In this document: piece by piece, positions 63,900 to 64,000 of the stretch
Numbering within the stretch: the stretch's first letter is position 1
How the letters are laid out: the number at the start of each line of letters is the position of its first letter
Source: Lentisphaeria bacterium
GTDB taxonomy: Bacteria > Verrucomicrobiota > Lentisphaeria > Victivallales > JAADHT01
DNA length: 64,000 bases
Reading direction: 5' to 3'
Assembly (NCBI GenBank): GCA_015486135.1
Contig: WFSE01000116.1
Span: 772-64,771 of the forward strand
The notes under the pieces: generated by a model
What the model saw: only the letters and a program-made list of their open reading frames with translations
Databases searched by the model: none
Told to the model about the DNA's origin: nothing
Made by a program: the position numbers and the translations under genes

Positions 63900-64000
63900 T
63901 TTTGCAGCTTCATTATTTTTTCGGAAAAAGCGTGGTATAGCAATGAGATCGCACTTACCTTCGTTGGAAAAATAACATTTGGATTCTCATCAATAACCCG

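Noticed and set aside
1-64000. Search for tRNA, rRNA, reverse transcriptase/DGR, retron, toxin-antitoxin, integrase or phage modules
   Set aside because: I recognised no cloverleaf-like or rRNA-like sequence in the intergenic regions and no RT, integrase or transposase motifs in any ORF. Absence cannot be proven without tRNAscan, Infernal or HMM scans.

Overview
This is a chromosomal segment of a moderately GC-rich bacterium. The gene content and repeat style suggest the PVC group (Verrucomicrobia, Lentisphaerae or Kiritimatiellae), but that is only a guess. No searches were run, so every product name comes from motifs I recognise in the supplied translations.

Core genes:
- A partial ribosomal-protein cluster on the minus strand, rplV to rplO followed by secY (7281-14557).
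- htpG, rpsB-tsf, leuS, dtd, speE and panE.
- rpoN-lnt-GNAT, a lolA-like gene, dgkA and dedA.
- A GH29 fucosidase with a PA14 domain, an FHA-GAF histidine kinase, and a TetR-MFP-RND efflux operon.

Two larger accessory operons stand out:
- A minus-strand block (about 47128-57893): TPR, TPR, ExbB, ExbD, ExbD, then a membrane-anchored vWA protein in the position where TonB normally sits. Secreted proteins of unknown function follow it.
- A plus-strand block (30979-35635): a 690-aa-class membrane protein, an ABC ATPase, and a tandem-duplicated ABC-2 permease.

The signal not explained by genes is a dense population of non-coding mobile-looking repeats:
- Family A is a 260-340 bp MITE-like element. 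It has imperfect terminal inverted repeats, perfect 6-7 bp flanking duplications in three copies, and a conserved nested hairpin core. Copies sit exactly at operon junctions and stop codons.
- Family B has perfect 16-bp termini (TAGGGACAGGTTAATA).
- A/B chimeric mini-elements also occur.
- A third mosaic family has CACGAAT iteron-like arrays and a portable promoter-like motif (GGGACTTGCGA...GCAAGT).

Visibly AT-richer orphan genes sit next to these repeats. I recognised no rRNA, tRNA, CRISPR array, transposase, reverse transcriptase or phage genes.
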